The position numbers and the translations under genes are program-made. Source: an uncultured Alphaproteobacteria bacterium (GTDB lineage: Bacteria > Pseudomonadota > Alphaproteobacteria > HIMB59 > GCA-002718135). From it: a DNA stretch of 64,000 nt. How positions within the stretch are numbered: position 1 is the first letter of the stretch; each line of letters starts with the position of its first letter. The notes under the pieces were generated by a model. That model saw only the letters and a program-made list of their open reading frames with translations, was not told the DNA's origin and made no database searches. The stretch is taken from positions 57,603 through 121,602 of the forward strand of contig CABZFN010000002.1 of NCBI GenBank assembly GCA_902525035.1, written 5' to 3'. This document shows positions 48,858-58,649 of the stretch, in pieces.

Positions 48858-51503
48858 ATGATTAATTTTAGGACCCTTAAGGTCAAAGGCTTTAAGTCTT
48901 TTGTTGAACCCACAGAAATTTTGATTGAAAATGGCTTAACAGGTATTGTTGGTCCAAACGGATGTGGTAAATCGAATCTTGTAGAGGCTTTTAGGTTTGT
49001 TATGGGTGAACTTTCTCCAAAACAAATGAGAGGAAGTGAATTAGACGATGTTATTTTTAATGGAACAGATGATAGACCAGCATGGGATATTGCCGAAGTT
49101 ACTATAGATTTAGATAATAAAGCAAGAAAAGCACCAAGTATTTTCAATGAAAATGATACTATTGAAGTAACTAGAAGAATTTGGCGAGGTGAAGGCTCAG
49201 AATATAGAGTTAATGGCAAGGAGGTACGATTAAAGGATGTACAATTGCTATTTGCTGATGCAGCAACAGGTGCTCGTTCAACATCGATGGTTAGTCAAGG
49301 TAGAGTTGGAGCTATTATTGCAGCTAAACCTGAACAAAGAAGGACATTACTGGAAGAAGCTGCAGGAATTACTGGTCTTCACTCAAGACGACACGAAGCT
49401 GAATTACGATTAAATGCTACTGAAAATAACTTAGAGCGTGTAAAGGACGTATTAAAAGCACAAGATGAACAACTTACAATTTTAAAGAAACAATCTAAAC
49501 AAGCTGAAAGATACAAATACATTCAAAAAGATATTACTAAAGCAAGGGCAAGATTATTTTATAAGAAATGGATTGATGAAAAAGATAAATTAATAAATGC
49601 CAATGAAAAAATTCAGTCTGAAACGAATGCTGTCAATGACCAAACACAAGTTGTAGCACAAATAAATGTTGAATTTGAAAAAGTTCAAGAAAGTCTTCCA
49701 AACCTTAGATTACAAGAGAGTAAGGTTGCAGCCGAACTGCAGAAATATTCAATTAGTTTAGAAAATCAAGAAAAAGAAATTGAAAGAGCGAATATTGCAG
49801 TAGACGAAACAAAAGTCCGTATAGAGCAAATTAAAAATGATATTGATAGAGAAAAATTTTTATTTGAAGATGCAAAACAAAATCTTGAAAGAGTGCAGGA
49901 AGAAAAATCAATACTGTTAAAACAACAAGGTGATCTTTTTATTCAAAGTGATGATGATCTAAATAATGAAAATGTTTCTAATAAAAAAAATAATAACCCA
50001 ATAATTGATTATTTAGACTTTGAAGATGGACTTGAACAAGCAATTGCTGCAGTTTTTTCAGATGAGTTAATTGCATCTATCGATGAAGAACAAAGTATTT
50101 TTTGGAGAAAATTAGATTTGGAAGATTCTTCCTTTAATTCAGAAGTTACAAAATTTTCTTCTCTGATTAAAGCACCAGATAATTTGAAAAAGAAATTAGA
50201 ATTTGTTGGTTTAATAGAGAATAAGGAAAATGTTTTAGAAATTCAAAAAAACTTAAAACCAGGACAAATATTAGTCAGCAAACTAGGAGAAGTTTGGAGA
50301 TGGGATGGATATGTATCTAAAGGTAAACAAAATAATTCAACTAAAGCTATATTAGAACAGCTAAAAAATAGAAGAATAAAGCAATTAAGTGCTGAAGAAA
50401 AACAATGGAATGATATTTCTGCAAAAGCAAATCAAAGAATAGAAGAGTTAAATTCAAGGCAAAATTCATTAATTGATGAATTATCTAATCTCCAATCTGT
50501 ACCTGAAGATGTATCAAGTAAAAAATTAAAAATACAAAATTTAATTGATGAAAATAAGAATTCTTATGAGCAAATAGCTGAGCAACTTCGTCAAACTGAG
50601 CAAAATTCTAATGAAATAAATAAGAAATTAAAACTAGAAGAAATTAAATTAAATGAACTAAGAGAAGAAAGAATTAGGACTGAAGGTCAAATTAATACAA
50701 TTAATGAAGCAATTAAATTATTATCTACTCAAGTAAAAGAACGATTGAGTGTAAATCTAGAAGAACTTTACAATATTGGAGAAATCAATCCAAATAAAGT
50801 TTTAGGTGAAACTGAAGATTTAGAAAAAAAATTAGAGAGGTTAATTTCTGAGCAAGAGCGTTTAGGTGGAGTTAACCTTCTAGCAGAACAAGAGTCCAAG
50901 GATTTAGAAGAAAAAGTAAATACGATAAAGAAAGATCAAAGCGACCTTTTAAGTGCAATTGCAAAACTAAGAGAAGCAATTGACTCACTTAATACAGAAG
51001 GTAGACAACGTTTACTTGCTGCATATGGAATAGTTAATGAAAATTTTCAAAAATTATTTACTAGGTTGTTTGGTGGTGGCAAGGCTTATCTGAAATTTAC
51101 AGATGAATCAGATCCCCTTCAGGCTGGTTTAGAAATATTTGCTAGTCCTCCTGGAAAAAAATTACAAAATCTAAATTTACTTTCTGGTGGTGAGCAAGCT
51201 CTTACTGCATTATCATTATTATTTGCTGTATTTTTATCAAACCCAGCTCCAATTTGTGTACTCGATGAGGTTGATGCTCCATTAGATGACACTAATGTTG
51301 ATAGATTTTGTTCATTAGTAGAGGAGATAGCTAAAAGTTCTTCAACAAAATTCTTAGTTATAACTCACCATAGAATGACAATGGCAAGAGTAAATAGATT
51401 ATTTGGTGTTACCATGCCTGAAAAAGGTGTATCACAATTAGTTTCTGTTGATCTTGAAAAAGCAATCGAGATAAAAGAGCAAGATATTACAAATGAATTA
51501 TAA
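48858..51503 (+). CDS. smc: Chromosome segregation protein SMC (short, ~880 aa)
   Basis: GFKSF, GPNGCGKSN, LEEAAG, hinge GQILVS..G..WRWDG, LSGGE, LDEVDAPLD, ITH. Confidence 0.93.
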   Translation: MINFRTLKVKGFKSFVEPTEILIENGLTGIVGPNGCGKSNLVEAFRFVMGELSPKQMRGSELDDVIFNGTDDRPAWDIAEVTIDLDNKARKAPSIFNENDTIEVTRRIWRGEGSEYRVNGKEVRLKDVQLLFADAATGARSTSMVSQGRVGAIIAAKPEQRRTLLEEAAGITGLHSRRHEAELRLNATENNLERVKDVLKAQDEQLTILKKQSKQAERYKYIQKDITKARARLFYKKWIDEKDKLINANEKIQSETNAVNDQTQVVAQINVEFEKVQESLPNLRLQESKVAAELQKYSISLENQEKEIERANIAVDETKVRIEQIKNDIDREKFLFEDAKQNLERVQEEKSILLKQQGDLFIQSDDDLNNENVSNKKNNNPIIDYLDFEDGLEQAIAAVFSDELIASIDEEQSIFWRKLDLEDSSFNSEVTKFSSLIKAPDNLKKKLEFVGLIENKENVLEIQKNLKPGQILVSKLGEVWRWDGYVSKGKQNNSTKAILEQLKNRRIKQLSAEEKQWNDISAKANQRIEELNSRQNSLIDELSNLQSVPEDVSSKKLKIQNLIDENKNSYEQIAEQLRQTEQNSNEINKKLKLEEIKLNELREERIRTEGQINTINEAIKLLSTQVKERLSVNLEELYNIGEINPNKVLGETEDLEKKLERLISEQERLGGVNLLAEQESKDLEEKVNTIKKDQSDLLSAIAKLREAIDSLNTEGRQRLLAAYGIVNENFQKLFTRLFGGGKAYLKFTDESDPLQAGLEIFASPPGKKLQNLNLLSGGEQALTALSLLFAVFLSNPAPICVLDEVDAPLDDTNVDRFCSLVEEIAKSSSTKFLVITHHRMTMARVNRLFGVTMPEKGVSQLVSVDLEKAIEIKEQDITNEL

Positions 51504-51780
51504 AAATAAAAATTTAGAAGAATTGGGTAAAAAAATTAATAATTTAGATAATCAAAACAAAGAACCTAATATTAAAAAAAAAGAAAGTGGTGCAGGATTT
51601 GGTTTTAAAATTAGTACAGAAATTATAGCTGCACTAGTTGTTGGAGTTGGAATTGGACTTATTGTGGATAATTACTTTAATACTAAACCAATAGGCTTAA
51701 TTATTTTCTTTATATTTGGCGCATTAGCTGGATTTTTGAACGTTTATCGTGTAATGCGTCGCATTGAAAAGCGAAGGTAA
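51493..51780 (+). CDS. atpI: ATP synthase protein I (AtpI/AtpZ)
   Basis: E......VG..IG...D..F.T.P.G.I.F...G..AG..NV.R; first gene of the F0 operon. Confidence 0.85.
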   Translation: MNYKNKNLEELGKKINNLDNQNKEPNIKKKESGAGFGFKISTEIIAALVVGVGIGLIVDNYFNTKPIGLIIFFIFGALAGFLNVYRVMRRIEKRR

Positions 51781-51801
51781 TTTTAATATTCAATATCAAT
51801 T

Positions 51802-52536
51802 ATGGCCGCAAAAGATAGTCCTCTAAAACAGTTCGAAATAGATCCAATATCTAATATTGAACTTGGTGGTTATAACATTTCTTTCACAAACTCATCTTTT
51901 GCAATGCTAATTACTGTTTTAGTGATTACTCTATTTTTAACTTTAACAGTGAACACAAGATCAATTATCCCTTCTAGGATGCAGCTTATCTCAGAGCTTA
52001 TGTATAATTTTATTGCTCAGTTACTCTCTGATACAGTTGGAGATAATGGAAAAAGATATTTCCCATTTGTTTTCTCTTTATTCATGTTTGTACTTATTGG
52101 AAATATGGTTGGAATGGTACCATATCAATTTACTTTCACGAGTCACATCATTGTTACATTTGCTTTAGCAGCAGTTGTATTTATTGGCGTAACTATTCTT
52201 GGATTTATTAACCATGGTATTAAATTTTTTACTTTCTTCTATATACCAGGTGTCCCGTTTTACATGCATCCACTGCTTATTCCCATTGAGGTAATTTCTT
52301 ATTTATCAAGACCTATAAGTTTATCAGTTAGATTATTTGCAAACATGCTGGCTGGTCACACACTACTAAAAGTGTTTGCAGGCTTTGTTGTTTCCATGCC
52401 ATTTTTTACAGGAGTTTTTCCTTTAGCTTTCATTGTAGCTTTAACAGGATTAGAAATTTTAATTGCTTTTTTGCAAGCATATGTGTTTGCAATACTGACG
52501 TGTTTATATATTAACGATGCTTATCATTTACATTAA
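51802..52536 (+). CDS. atpB: F0 ATP synthase subunit a
   Basis: SFTNSS, RP.SLSVRLFANM.AGH, LQAYVF. Confidence 0.97.
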   Translation: MAAKDSPLKQFEIDPISNIELGGYNISFTNSSFAMLITVLVITLFLTLTVNTRSIIPSRMQLISELMYNFIAQLLSDTVGDNGKRYFPFVFSLFMFVLIGNMVGMVPYQFTFTSHIIVTFALAAVVFIGVTILGFINHGIKFFTFFYIPGVPFYMHPLLIPIEVISYLSRPISLSVRLFANMLAGHTLLKVFAGFVVSMPFFTGVFPLAFIVALTGLEILIAFLQAYVFAILTCLYINDAYHLH

Positions 52537-52554
52537 TTTAAAATAGGAGGACTT

Positions 52555-52779
52555 ATGGAAATTGAAGCAGCAAAAGTAATCGGAGCGGGTTTAGCCGTTA
52601 TCGGTGTTATTGGATCAGGTATTGGAATTGGGAATATTTTCTCATCTTTTATTCAAGCAGTTGGAAGAAATCCGGCAGCAAGAAGTGAAGTTTTTACAAT
52701 GACAATGTTAGGTTTCGCATTAGTTGAAGCGATTGCACTTTTCGCGCTAGTTATTGCGTTAGTTATTTTGTTTGGATAG
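52555..52779 (+). CDS. atpE: F0 ATP synthase subunit c
   Basis: GxGxG stretch, RNP, GFALVEA. Confidence 0.97.
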   Translation: MEIEAAKVIGAGLAVIGVIGSGIGIGNIFSSFIQAVGRNPAARSEVFTMTMLGFALVEAIALFALVIALVILFG

Positions 52780-52796
52780 AACTCAATAATTAATTA

Positions 52797-53288
52797 ATGC
52801 CTCAATTAAATCCAGAGTTTTTTGTTTCACAGCTCTTTTGGTTAGCTGTATTTTTTACTTTTCTATTTGTATTTTTATGGAGGGTATCACTTCCAAGAAT
52901 AGCTACAGTTTTAGAGAAAAGACAAAATAAAATAGATGAAAATTTATCTTCAGCAAAAGAGCTTCAGGAACAGGCAATGGGAATTGAAAAAAAAATTAAT
53001 GATCAAATTAATAAGGCCAAGCTAGAAACAGATGAGAAAATTAAAGAAACAATCAATGCTTTACAAGAAGATGTTTCTTCTCAACTTTCTTCACTCGATA
53101 AAGATTTAGAAAAAAAAGTTTCTAATGCAGAAAAAGAAATTTTAAAAAGTAAAGATGATCAAATGAAAAATATTAACAATGAAATAGCCAATATTACAAA
53201 ACTAACTGTTAGGAAAATTACAGATGTAGAATTATCAGACGGAGAAATTAATAAAGTTATTGAAACACATAAAGGGAGTTTTAACTAA
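52797..53288 (+). CDS. F0 ATP synthase subunit b'
   Basis: MPQL....SQLFWL, LPRI. Confidence 0.9.
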   Translation: MPQLNPEFFVSQLFWLAVFFTFLFVFLWRVSLPRIATVLEKRQNKIDENLSSAKELQEQAMGIEKKINDQINKAKLETDEKIKETINALQEDVSSQLSSLDKDLEKKVSNAEKEILKSKDDQMKNINNEIANITKLTVRKITDVELSDGEINKVIETHKGSFN

Positions 53289-53773
53289 TGTTTTCTGATC
53301 CTCAGTTTTGGGTAGCGGTATCTTTTATTTTATTTATTGCAGCTATTTTCAATCCAGTACGAAAAATTCTTACATCTAGTTTAGATGCGCAAATAAAAGA
53401 TATAAAAAATAAAATAGATGAAGTTGAAAATTTAAAAAATGAGGCCCAAAAAGCTTTGGATGGATTAAAAGAAAGAGAAACTAAGGTAGAAAAGGAAATA
53501 CAAAATCTAAATTTGGAATCCGAAAAAAGAATAGCTGAATTGAAAGATATATCTGCCAATAAATTAACTGACCAAATTGAAAAAAGAAAAATATTGGCTG
53601 AAAATAAGATTGAACAATTAGTTCGAGATACCAATAACTCTATAAAAAATTATATTTCAAGTGTTGCAATAGAGGCTACGAAAAATATTCTAATACAAAA
53701 TCTCAATAAGGATAAAAAGTCTGCTTTAATTGAAGAATCTATTGGCGAATTTAACTCTGTTTTAAAGAATTAA
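53288..53773 (+). CDS. atpF: F0 ATP synthase subunit b
   Basis: FWVAVSF TM anchor + coiled coil; operon position. Confidence 0.88.
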   Translation: MFSDPQFWVAVSFILFIAAIFNPVRKILTSSLDAQIKDIKNKIDEVENLKNEAQKALDGLKERETKVEKEIQNLNLESEKRIAELKDISANKLTDQIEKRKILAENKIEQLVRDTNNSIKNYISSVAIEATKNILIQNLNKDKKSALIEESIGEFNSVLKN

Positions 53774-53884
53774 AAGTAGATTAACAGTCTAAATAATTGA
53801 GTATAATACTAAGAAATTAATATTAAAAGATTTGCAAAATCTATAGTATTATTAATTAACTGAAATTAATATTAGTAAATTTAA

Positions 53885-54826
53885 ATGACTAAAAAACTTA
53901 ATATCTTTCTTGCGGGACCTCGAGGTTTTTGTGCAGGAGTAGATAGGGCGATTGAAATGGTTAAGGGTGCTCTAAAAAAATATGGTGCGCCAGTATATGT
54001 TCGTCATGAAATAGTTCATAATAAGTTTGTTGTTGAAAATCTCAAATCACAGGGAGCTATTTTTGTAGAAGAATTAAATGAGATTGAAGATAAAAGTAGG
54101 CCAGTTATCTTTTCTGCACATGGTGTTCCAAAAGCAGTACCCGAGGAAGCATTAAGTTTAAATTTAATATATTATGATGCAACATGTCCACTTGTTAGCA
54201 AAATTCATAAGGAGGTGGAAAACTTTGATAAAAAAAATCTCCCCGTAATTTTAATTGGTCATAGGAATCATCCTGAAGTTATTGGAACTATGGGTCAAAC
54301 TAATAAAGAAATTTATTTGGTAGAAAAAGTTGAAGATGTAAAAAAGTTACCCTTTGAACAGAATGAAAAGATCGCGTATGTAACTCAGACAACACTATCT
54401 GTAGATGATACGAAAGATATAATAAAAGAGATAAAATCACATTTTATAAATGTAATAGAACCGAAAAAGAATGATATTTGTTATGCTACAACAAATAGGC
54501 AAGAAGCTGTTAAAAAAATAGCCGATCAATGTGATTATTTTTTAGTAATTGGCGCAAGTAACTCATCAAATTCTTTAAGATTAGTTGAAGTAGCAAAAAA
54601 TTATGGTTCAAAAAAAGCTATTCTAGTAGAAGATGTTGATTCCTTAAATTTAAACATATTTCAAGAATCTGAAAATATAGGAATAACAGCAAGCGCATCA
54701 TCACCAGAAATACTTGTAAGGAAGCTTCTTGATAATTTGAAAAAAAATTTTGAAGTAAAGGTTAATGAAGGACATTATCAAAAAGAAGATGTATTTTTTA
54801 AAGTTCCACAAAAACTTAACGTATAA
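53885..54826 (+). CDS. ispH: HMBPP reductase
   Basis: PRGFCAGV, HEIVHN, SAHGV, DATCPLV, QTTLS, ICYATTNRQ, SSNS. Confidence 0.97.
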   Translation: MTKKLNIFLAGPRGFCAGVDRAIEMVKGALKKYGAPVYVRHEIVHNKFVVENLKSQGAIFVEELNEIEDKSRPVIFSAHGVPKAVPEEALSLNLIYYDATCPLVSKIHKEVENFDKKNLPVILIGHRNHPEVIGTMGQTNKEIYLVEKVEDVKKLPFEQNEKIAYVTQTTLSVDDTKDIIKEIKSHFINVIEPKKNDICYATTNRQEAVKKIADQCDYFLVIGASNSSNSLRLVEVAKNYGSKKAILVEDVDSLNLNIFQESENIGITASASSPEILVRKLLDNLKKNFEVKVNEGHYQKEDVFFKVPQKLNV

Positions 54827-54829
54827 AAA

Positions 54830-55780
54830 ATGGCAGTTTTTACTAAATTATCTAAAGAGGATATAGAAGGCTTTTTATCTCACTATACAATTGGTAATTT
54901 AGATAGCTTTGAAGAAATTGTTGATGGGATAGAAAACTCAAATTTTAAAATTTTTTGTAACAATCAACCATTAATATTAACAATTTTTGAAAAAAGAGTA
55001 ACTGAGGAAGAATTACCTTTTTTTATAAATTTAAAAAAATTTTTAAATAAAAATAATTTTAAATGTCCTAAACCAATCTCAGATAAAAACGGAAAAATAT
55101 TGAAAAAAATAAAAAATAAAACTGCTGTAATTATATCCTTTTTAGAAGGTAAAAGTATTGAAAAACCAAATTTAGCAGTGTGTAAAGAAGTTGGGAAAAT
55201 GATTGCTAATTTGCACAATCTAACTACAAATTTCGAAGAAAAAAGAACTAATAGTTTAGATTTGAAGGATTGGAAAAATATTTACAAAAAATGCCTTAAT
55301 AAGAAATCTGAAGAATTTAATGAAACAATGTATTTGTTAAAAAATGAAATAAATTATTTAGAAAATTGCTGGCCAACCAATATTCCTTGTGGTGTGATTC
55401 ATGCTGATTTGTTTAGAGATAATATTTTTTTTAAAAATGAAAAAATTTCTGGAGTAATAGATTTCTATTTTTCATGCTATTACTTCTATGTGTATGACAT
55501 AGCTATTGTAATTAATGATTGGTGCTTTAGTAAAAATGGAAAACATTTTAATAAAGAGAACTGCTTGACAATTATAGAGGAATATCAAAAACTAAGAAAA
55601 TTAAGTGATCTCGAAAAATTATCATTGAATATTTTATTAAGAGCTGCAGCTGTTAGAATATTATGTACAAGAGTACACGACCATATTTTTCATTCACCTA
55701 ATGCAATTGTCGTTAAAAAAGATCCATTTGAATATTTTAATATTTTAAAATGGCATCAACAAAATAATATTTTTGAATAA
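54830..55780 (+). CDS. thrB: Homoserine kinase (type II, APH-like)
   Basis: MAVFT, GIENSN, LTIFE, IHADLF.DN, IDFYF. Confidence 0.93.
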   Translation: MAVFTKLSKEDIEGFLSHYTIGNLDSFEEIVDGIENSNFKIFCNNQPLILTIFEKRVTEEELPFFINLKKFLNKNNFKCPKPISDKNGKILKKIKNKTAVIISFLEGKSIEKPNLAVCKEVGKMIANLHNLTTNFEEKRTNSLDLKDWKNIYKKCLNKKSEEFNETMYLLKNEINYLENCWPTNIPCGVIHADLFRDNIFFKNEKISGVIDFYFSCYYFYVYDIAIVINDWCFSKNGKHFNKENCLTIIEEYQKLRKLSDLEKLSLNILLRAAAVRILCTRVHDHIFHSPNAIVVKKDPFEYFNILKWHQQNNIFE

Positions 55781-56208
55781 TGATTAATATTTATACTGAT
55801 GGTGCATGTTCTGGTAACCCTGGTATAGGTGGATGGGGAGTTGTAATTTTATTTAATAAGAAAGAGATTTTGTTAAATGGCGGAGATCAACTTACAACTA
55901 ATAATAAAATGGAACTTACAGCGGCAATTAAAGCACTGGAATATTTTGAGACAAAAAAAGATTTAACAATTTATACAGATAGTAAATATGTAAAGGATGG
56001 TATTGAATCATGGATTATAAATTGGAAAAAAAATGGATGGAAGACATCAACAAAAAAAATAGTTAAAAATAAAGAATTATGGATGCAATTAGATAATCTA
56101 ATAAATAAACATAATGTAACTTGGAAATGGATAAAGGGTCACGCAGGTTTTGAATTTAATGAGAAAGCTGATGAACTAGCAAGGAAATATATTGAAAGTA
56201 CTATTTAG
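55780..56208 (+). CDS. rnhA: Ribonuclease HI
   Basis: YTDGACSGNPG.GGWG, TTNN.MEL, TDS.YV, W.KGHAG...NE.AD.LA. Confidence 0.97.
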   Translation: MINIYTDGACSGNPGIGGWGVVILFNKKEILLNGGDQLTTNNKMELTAAIKALEYFETKKDLTIYTDSKYVKDGIESWIINWKKNGWKTSTKKIVKNKELWMQLDNLINKHNVTWKWIKGHAGFEFNEKADELARKYIESTI

Positions 56209-56755
56209 TTTATTTTTTATTTTTCTGTATTGTAAACAGAGTGTTGCAAATGATTTATGGTCTATAGATAAAAATATTTCTAGTATAGAATTTGAAGTTC
56301 CAGTTTTATTTGCAAAAAATGTTAGTGGTAAATTTAATACATTTGATGGTTTTGTTTCGCTGGATTTATCTAATGAAAATAATAATAAGGCGCTAATAAA
56401 TGTTAATATTGATAGTTTAGACTTAAATTATAAACGATATAAAGATTTAGTACTGAGTGAGGTTTTTTTTGATGCTAAAAAATTTCCATTAGGTCTTATT
56501 GATACTAATAATTTTAAATTTAATTACGAAGATAATAAAATTAATTTAGTAGGTGAATTAACAATAAAAGGTAAAAGTCAAAAAATCCCTCTTGATATTG
56601 AAGTTATAAAATTAGCTAATGAGTTGGTTCAGGTAAGAAGTGAGATATCTTTTTCCAGAAATGAATTTGAAATTGGCACTGGTAATTGGAAAAACACAAC
56701 AATTCTTAAAGACAAAATAAATATAAGAGCAAATATTTTTCTTTTTAAAGAATAA
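56192..56755 (+). CDS. YceI family protein
   Basis: Signal peptide; W.ID...S.I.F, G.F..F.G, FFD..KFP, G.LTIKG, R..F.IG. Confidence 0.85.
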   Translation: MKVLFSLFFIFLYCKQSVANDLWSIDKNISSIEFEVPVLFAKNVSGKFNTFDGFVSLDLSNENNNKALINVNIDSLDLNYKRYKDLVLSEVFFDAKKFPLGLIDTNNFKFNYEDNKINLVGELTIKGKSQKIPLDIEVIKLANELVQVRSEISFSRNEFEIGTGNWKNTTILKDKINIRANIFLFKE

Positions 56756-56761
56756 TTAATC

Positions 56762-57526
56762 TTATCTAAGGGTATATCCTCCATCGACAACTAATACTTC
56801 ACCTGTAATGTAACTTGAAGCAGGGCTACATAAAAAAAGTGCTGCAGATGCAATTTCACTTGGTTTACCCATTCTTTTGAGCGGTGTCATGCTATTCCAA
56901 GTGTCATACCAATGCTCGTTTTCTTTAGTTAGCTTTGTCATTTCTGTATCAATGTAACCTGGAGCAATAGCATTTACACGAATATTATTTTCTGCAAAAT
57001 CACTTGCTAAACTTTTTGTTAACATATGTACTGCGGCTTTTGACGCATTATATGCTACTTGAGGTTGAGGAATATTTGAAACTAACCCAGATATCGAACC
57101 TATATTTAAAATCACTCCTTCCCCTTGTTTTTTCATTTGAGGCAAAACTGAACGACACATTCTAAAAACAGAAGCAACATTTGTATTCATAATTTTATCT
57201 AATAATTCATCATTGAATTCTTCCATAGTTCCATGTTGAGCAACACCTGCATTATTAACTAGGATATCAATTGAACTATATTCCTCCAAAACAAAATTTA
57301 TAATTTTTTGAGGTTCATCTGGTTTAGTAATATCGCCCTGTAAAAAAGAAACATCATAATTTGCTTCTTTTAAACTTTTTAAACCATCATATTTATCTGT
57401 TCTACTAGTGACAATTATTTTTGCTCCAGCTTCTCCAAGAGCATGTGCGATAGATAGACCAATTCCTCTTGTTCCACCTGTTACAATAGCAACTTTATTA
57501 GTTAACTTAAATTGGTCCATAATCAT
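56762..57526 (-). CDS. SDR oxidoreductase (polyol 2-dehydrogenase/L-xylulose reductase-like)
   Basis: TGGTRGIG, NNAG, N.PQPQ.AYNASKAAV, IAPGY..TEM. Confidence 0.85.
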   Translation of the reverse strand: MIMDQFKLTNKVAIVTGGTRGIGLSIAHALGEAGAKIIVTSRTDKYDGLKSLKEANYDVSFLQGDITKPDEPQKIINFVLEEYSSIDILVNNAGVAQHGTMEEFNDELLDKIMNTNVASVFRMCRSVLPQMKKQGEGVILNIGSISGLVSNIPQPQVAYNASKAAVHMLTKSLASDFAENNIRVNAIAPGYIDTEMTKLTKENEHWYDTWNSMTPLKRMGKPSEIASAALFLCSPASSYITGEVLVVDGGYTLR

Positions 57527-57611
57527 AAAAACTTACAATATGTTAACAAAATATAAATTTCATCAAAATTATAATAATTTATATTTAAAAATATGTTATT
57601 TATTAACATTC

Positions 57612-58649
57612 ATGAAAGCATTAGTTTTAGAAAAAAAACTCGAATTAAATTTAAGAGATATTGATCTACCAAATAAGGTTGGTTTGAAAGATGTAAAGAT
57701 CAAAATGCATACTGTTGGAATATGTGGATCAGATATACACTATTATGAACATGGAAAAATTGGGCAATGGAATGTTTCTGCCCCAATGGTTTTGGGTCAC
57801 GAAGGCTCAGGCACAATAATTGAAGTAGGTAAGGATGAAAAAAATTTGAAGGTTGGTGATAGAGTTTGTATTGAACCACAAATAGTTAGTAAAAGTACAA
57901 AAGAATATAAACTTGGTATCTATAATTACGATCAGGAGGTAAAATTTTGGGCTACACCACCTATTCATGGTTGTTTAACGCCTGAAGTTGTTTTTCCAAG
58001 TGATATGGTTTTTAAAATACCAAATAACCTTTCTTATGCCGAAGGAGCAATGGTTGAGCCTTTAGCAGTAGGAATGCAAGGTGTTACAAAAGCTAAAATA
58101 AAACCTGGCCAAATTGGCTTAGTGATGGGATGTGGGCCAATTGGCTTAGTAACAGCTCTTTCAGCTCTAGCTGGTGGATGCGCAAAGGTTTATATAGCTG
58201 ATATTTTAAGTGAAAAATTAAAAATGTGTAATTATTACCCTGATCTTATTCCAGTAGATTTATCAAAAGAAAATTTAGAAACAAAAATTATGGATGAAAC
58301 TAATGGATGGGGGGTTGATAGGTTTTTTGAATGCAGTGGAGCAGTAAAGGCATATGAAGCGATTTTTACTTGCTGCTCACCTGGTGCACATGTTGTTTTA
58401 ATTGGAAATAATGCAGAACCAGTGCCTATGAACTGGGCAGTACTATTTGCTAAAGGTCTTGAATTTCAAACTGTGCATAGGTATTCGCATCAATATGAAC
58501 CATCAATACGACTTCTCGAACGTGGAAAAATTGATGTTAAACCGATGATTACACATACTTTTAAATTTGAAGAAAGTGTTGAAGCATTTATGAGAGCAGC
58601 GGAACATAGGCCTACCGATGTTAAACTTCAAATTAAAATTGATGAATAA
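57612..58649 (+). CDS. Zn-dependent polyol dehydrogenase (xylitol/sorbitol dehydrogenase-like)
   Basis: GICGSD.HYY.HG, LGHEGSG, FWATPP.HG.L, EPLAVG, GCGPIG; start ATG 57612. Confidence 0.9.
   Translation: MKALVLEKKLELNLRDIDLPNKVGLKDVKIKMHTVGICGSDIHYYEHGKIGQWNVSAPMVLGHEGSGTIIEVGKDEKNLKVGDRVCIEPQIVSKSTKEYKLGIYNYDQEVKFWATPPIHGCLTPEVVFPSDMVFKIPNNLSYAEGAMVEPLAVGMQGVTKAKIKPGQIGLVMGCGPIGLVTALSALAGGCAKVYIADILSEKLKMCNYYPDLIPVDLSKENLETKIMDETNGWGVDRFFECSGAVKAYEAIFTCCSPGAHVVLIGNNAEPVPMNWAVLFAKGLEFQTVHRYSHQYEPSIRLLERGKIDVKPMITHTFKFEESVEAFMRAAEHRPTDVKLQIKIDE

Noticed and set aside
48710-49219. 169-aa minus-strand ORF, and similar antisense ORFs at 36103, 37639, 44415, 53302 and 59103
   Set aside because: Antisense to well-conserved genes, with no recognisable motifs
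57408-57611. N-terminal extension of the Zn dehydrogenase ORF
   Set aside because: Overlaps the divergent SDR gene; homology begins at MKALVLE (57612)
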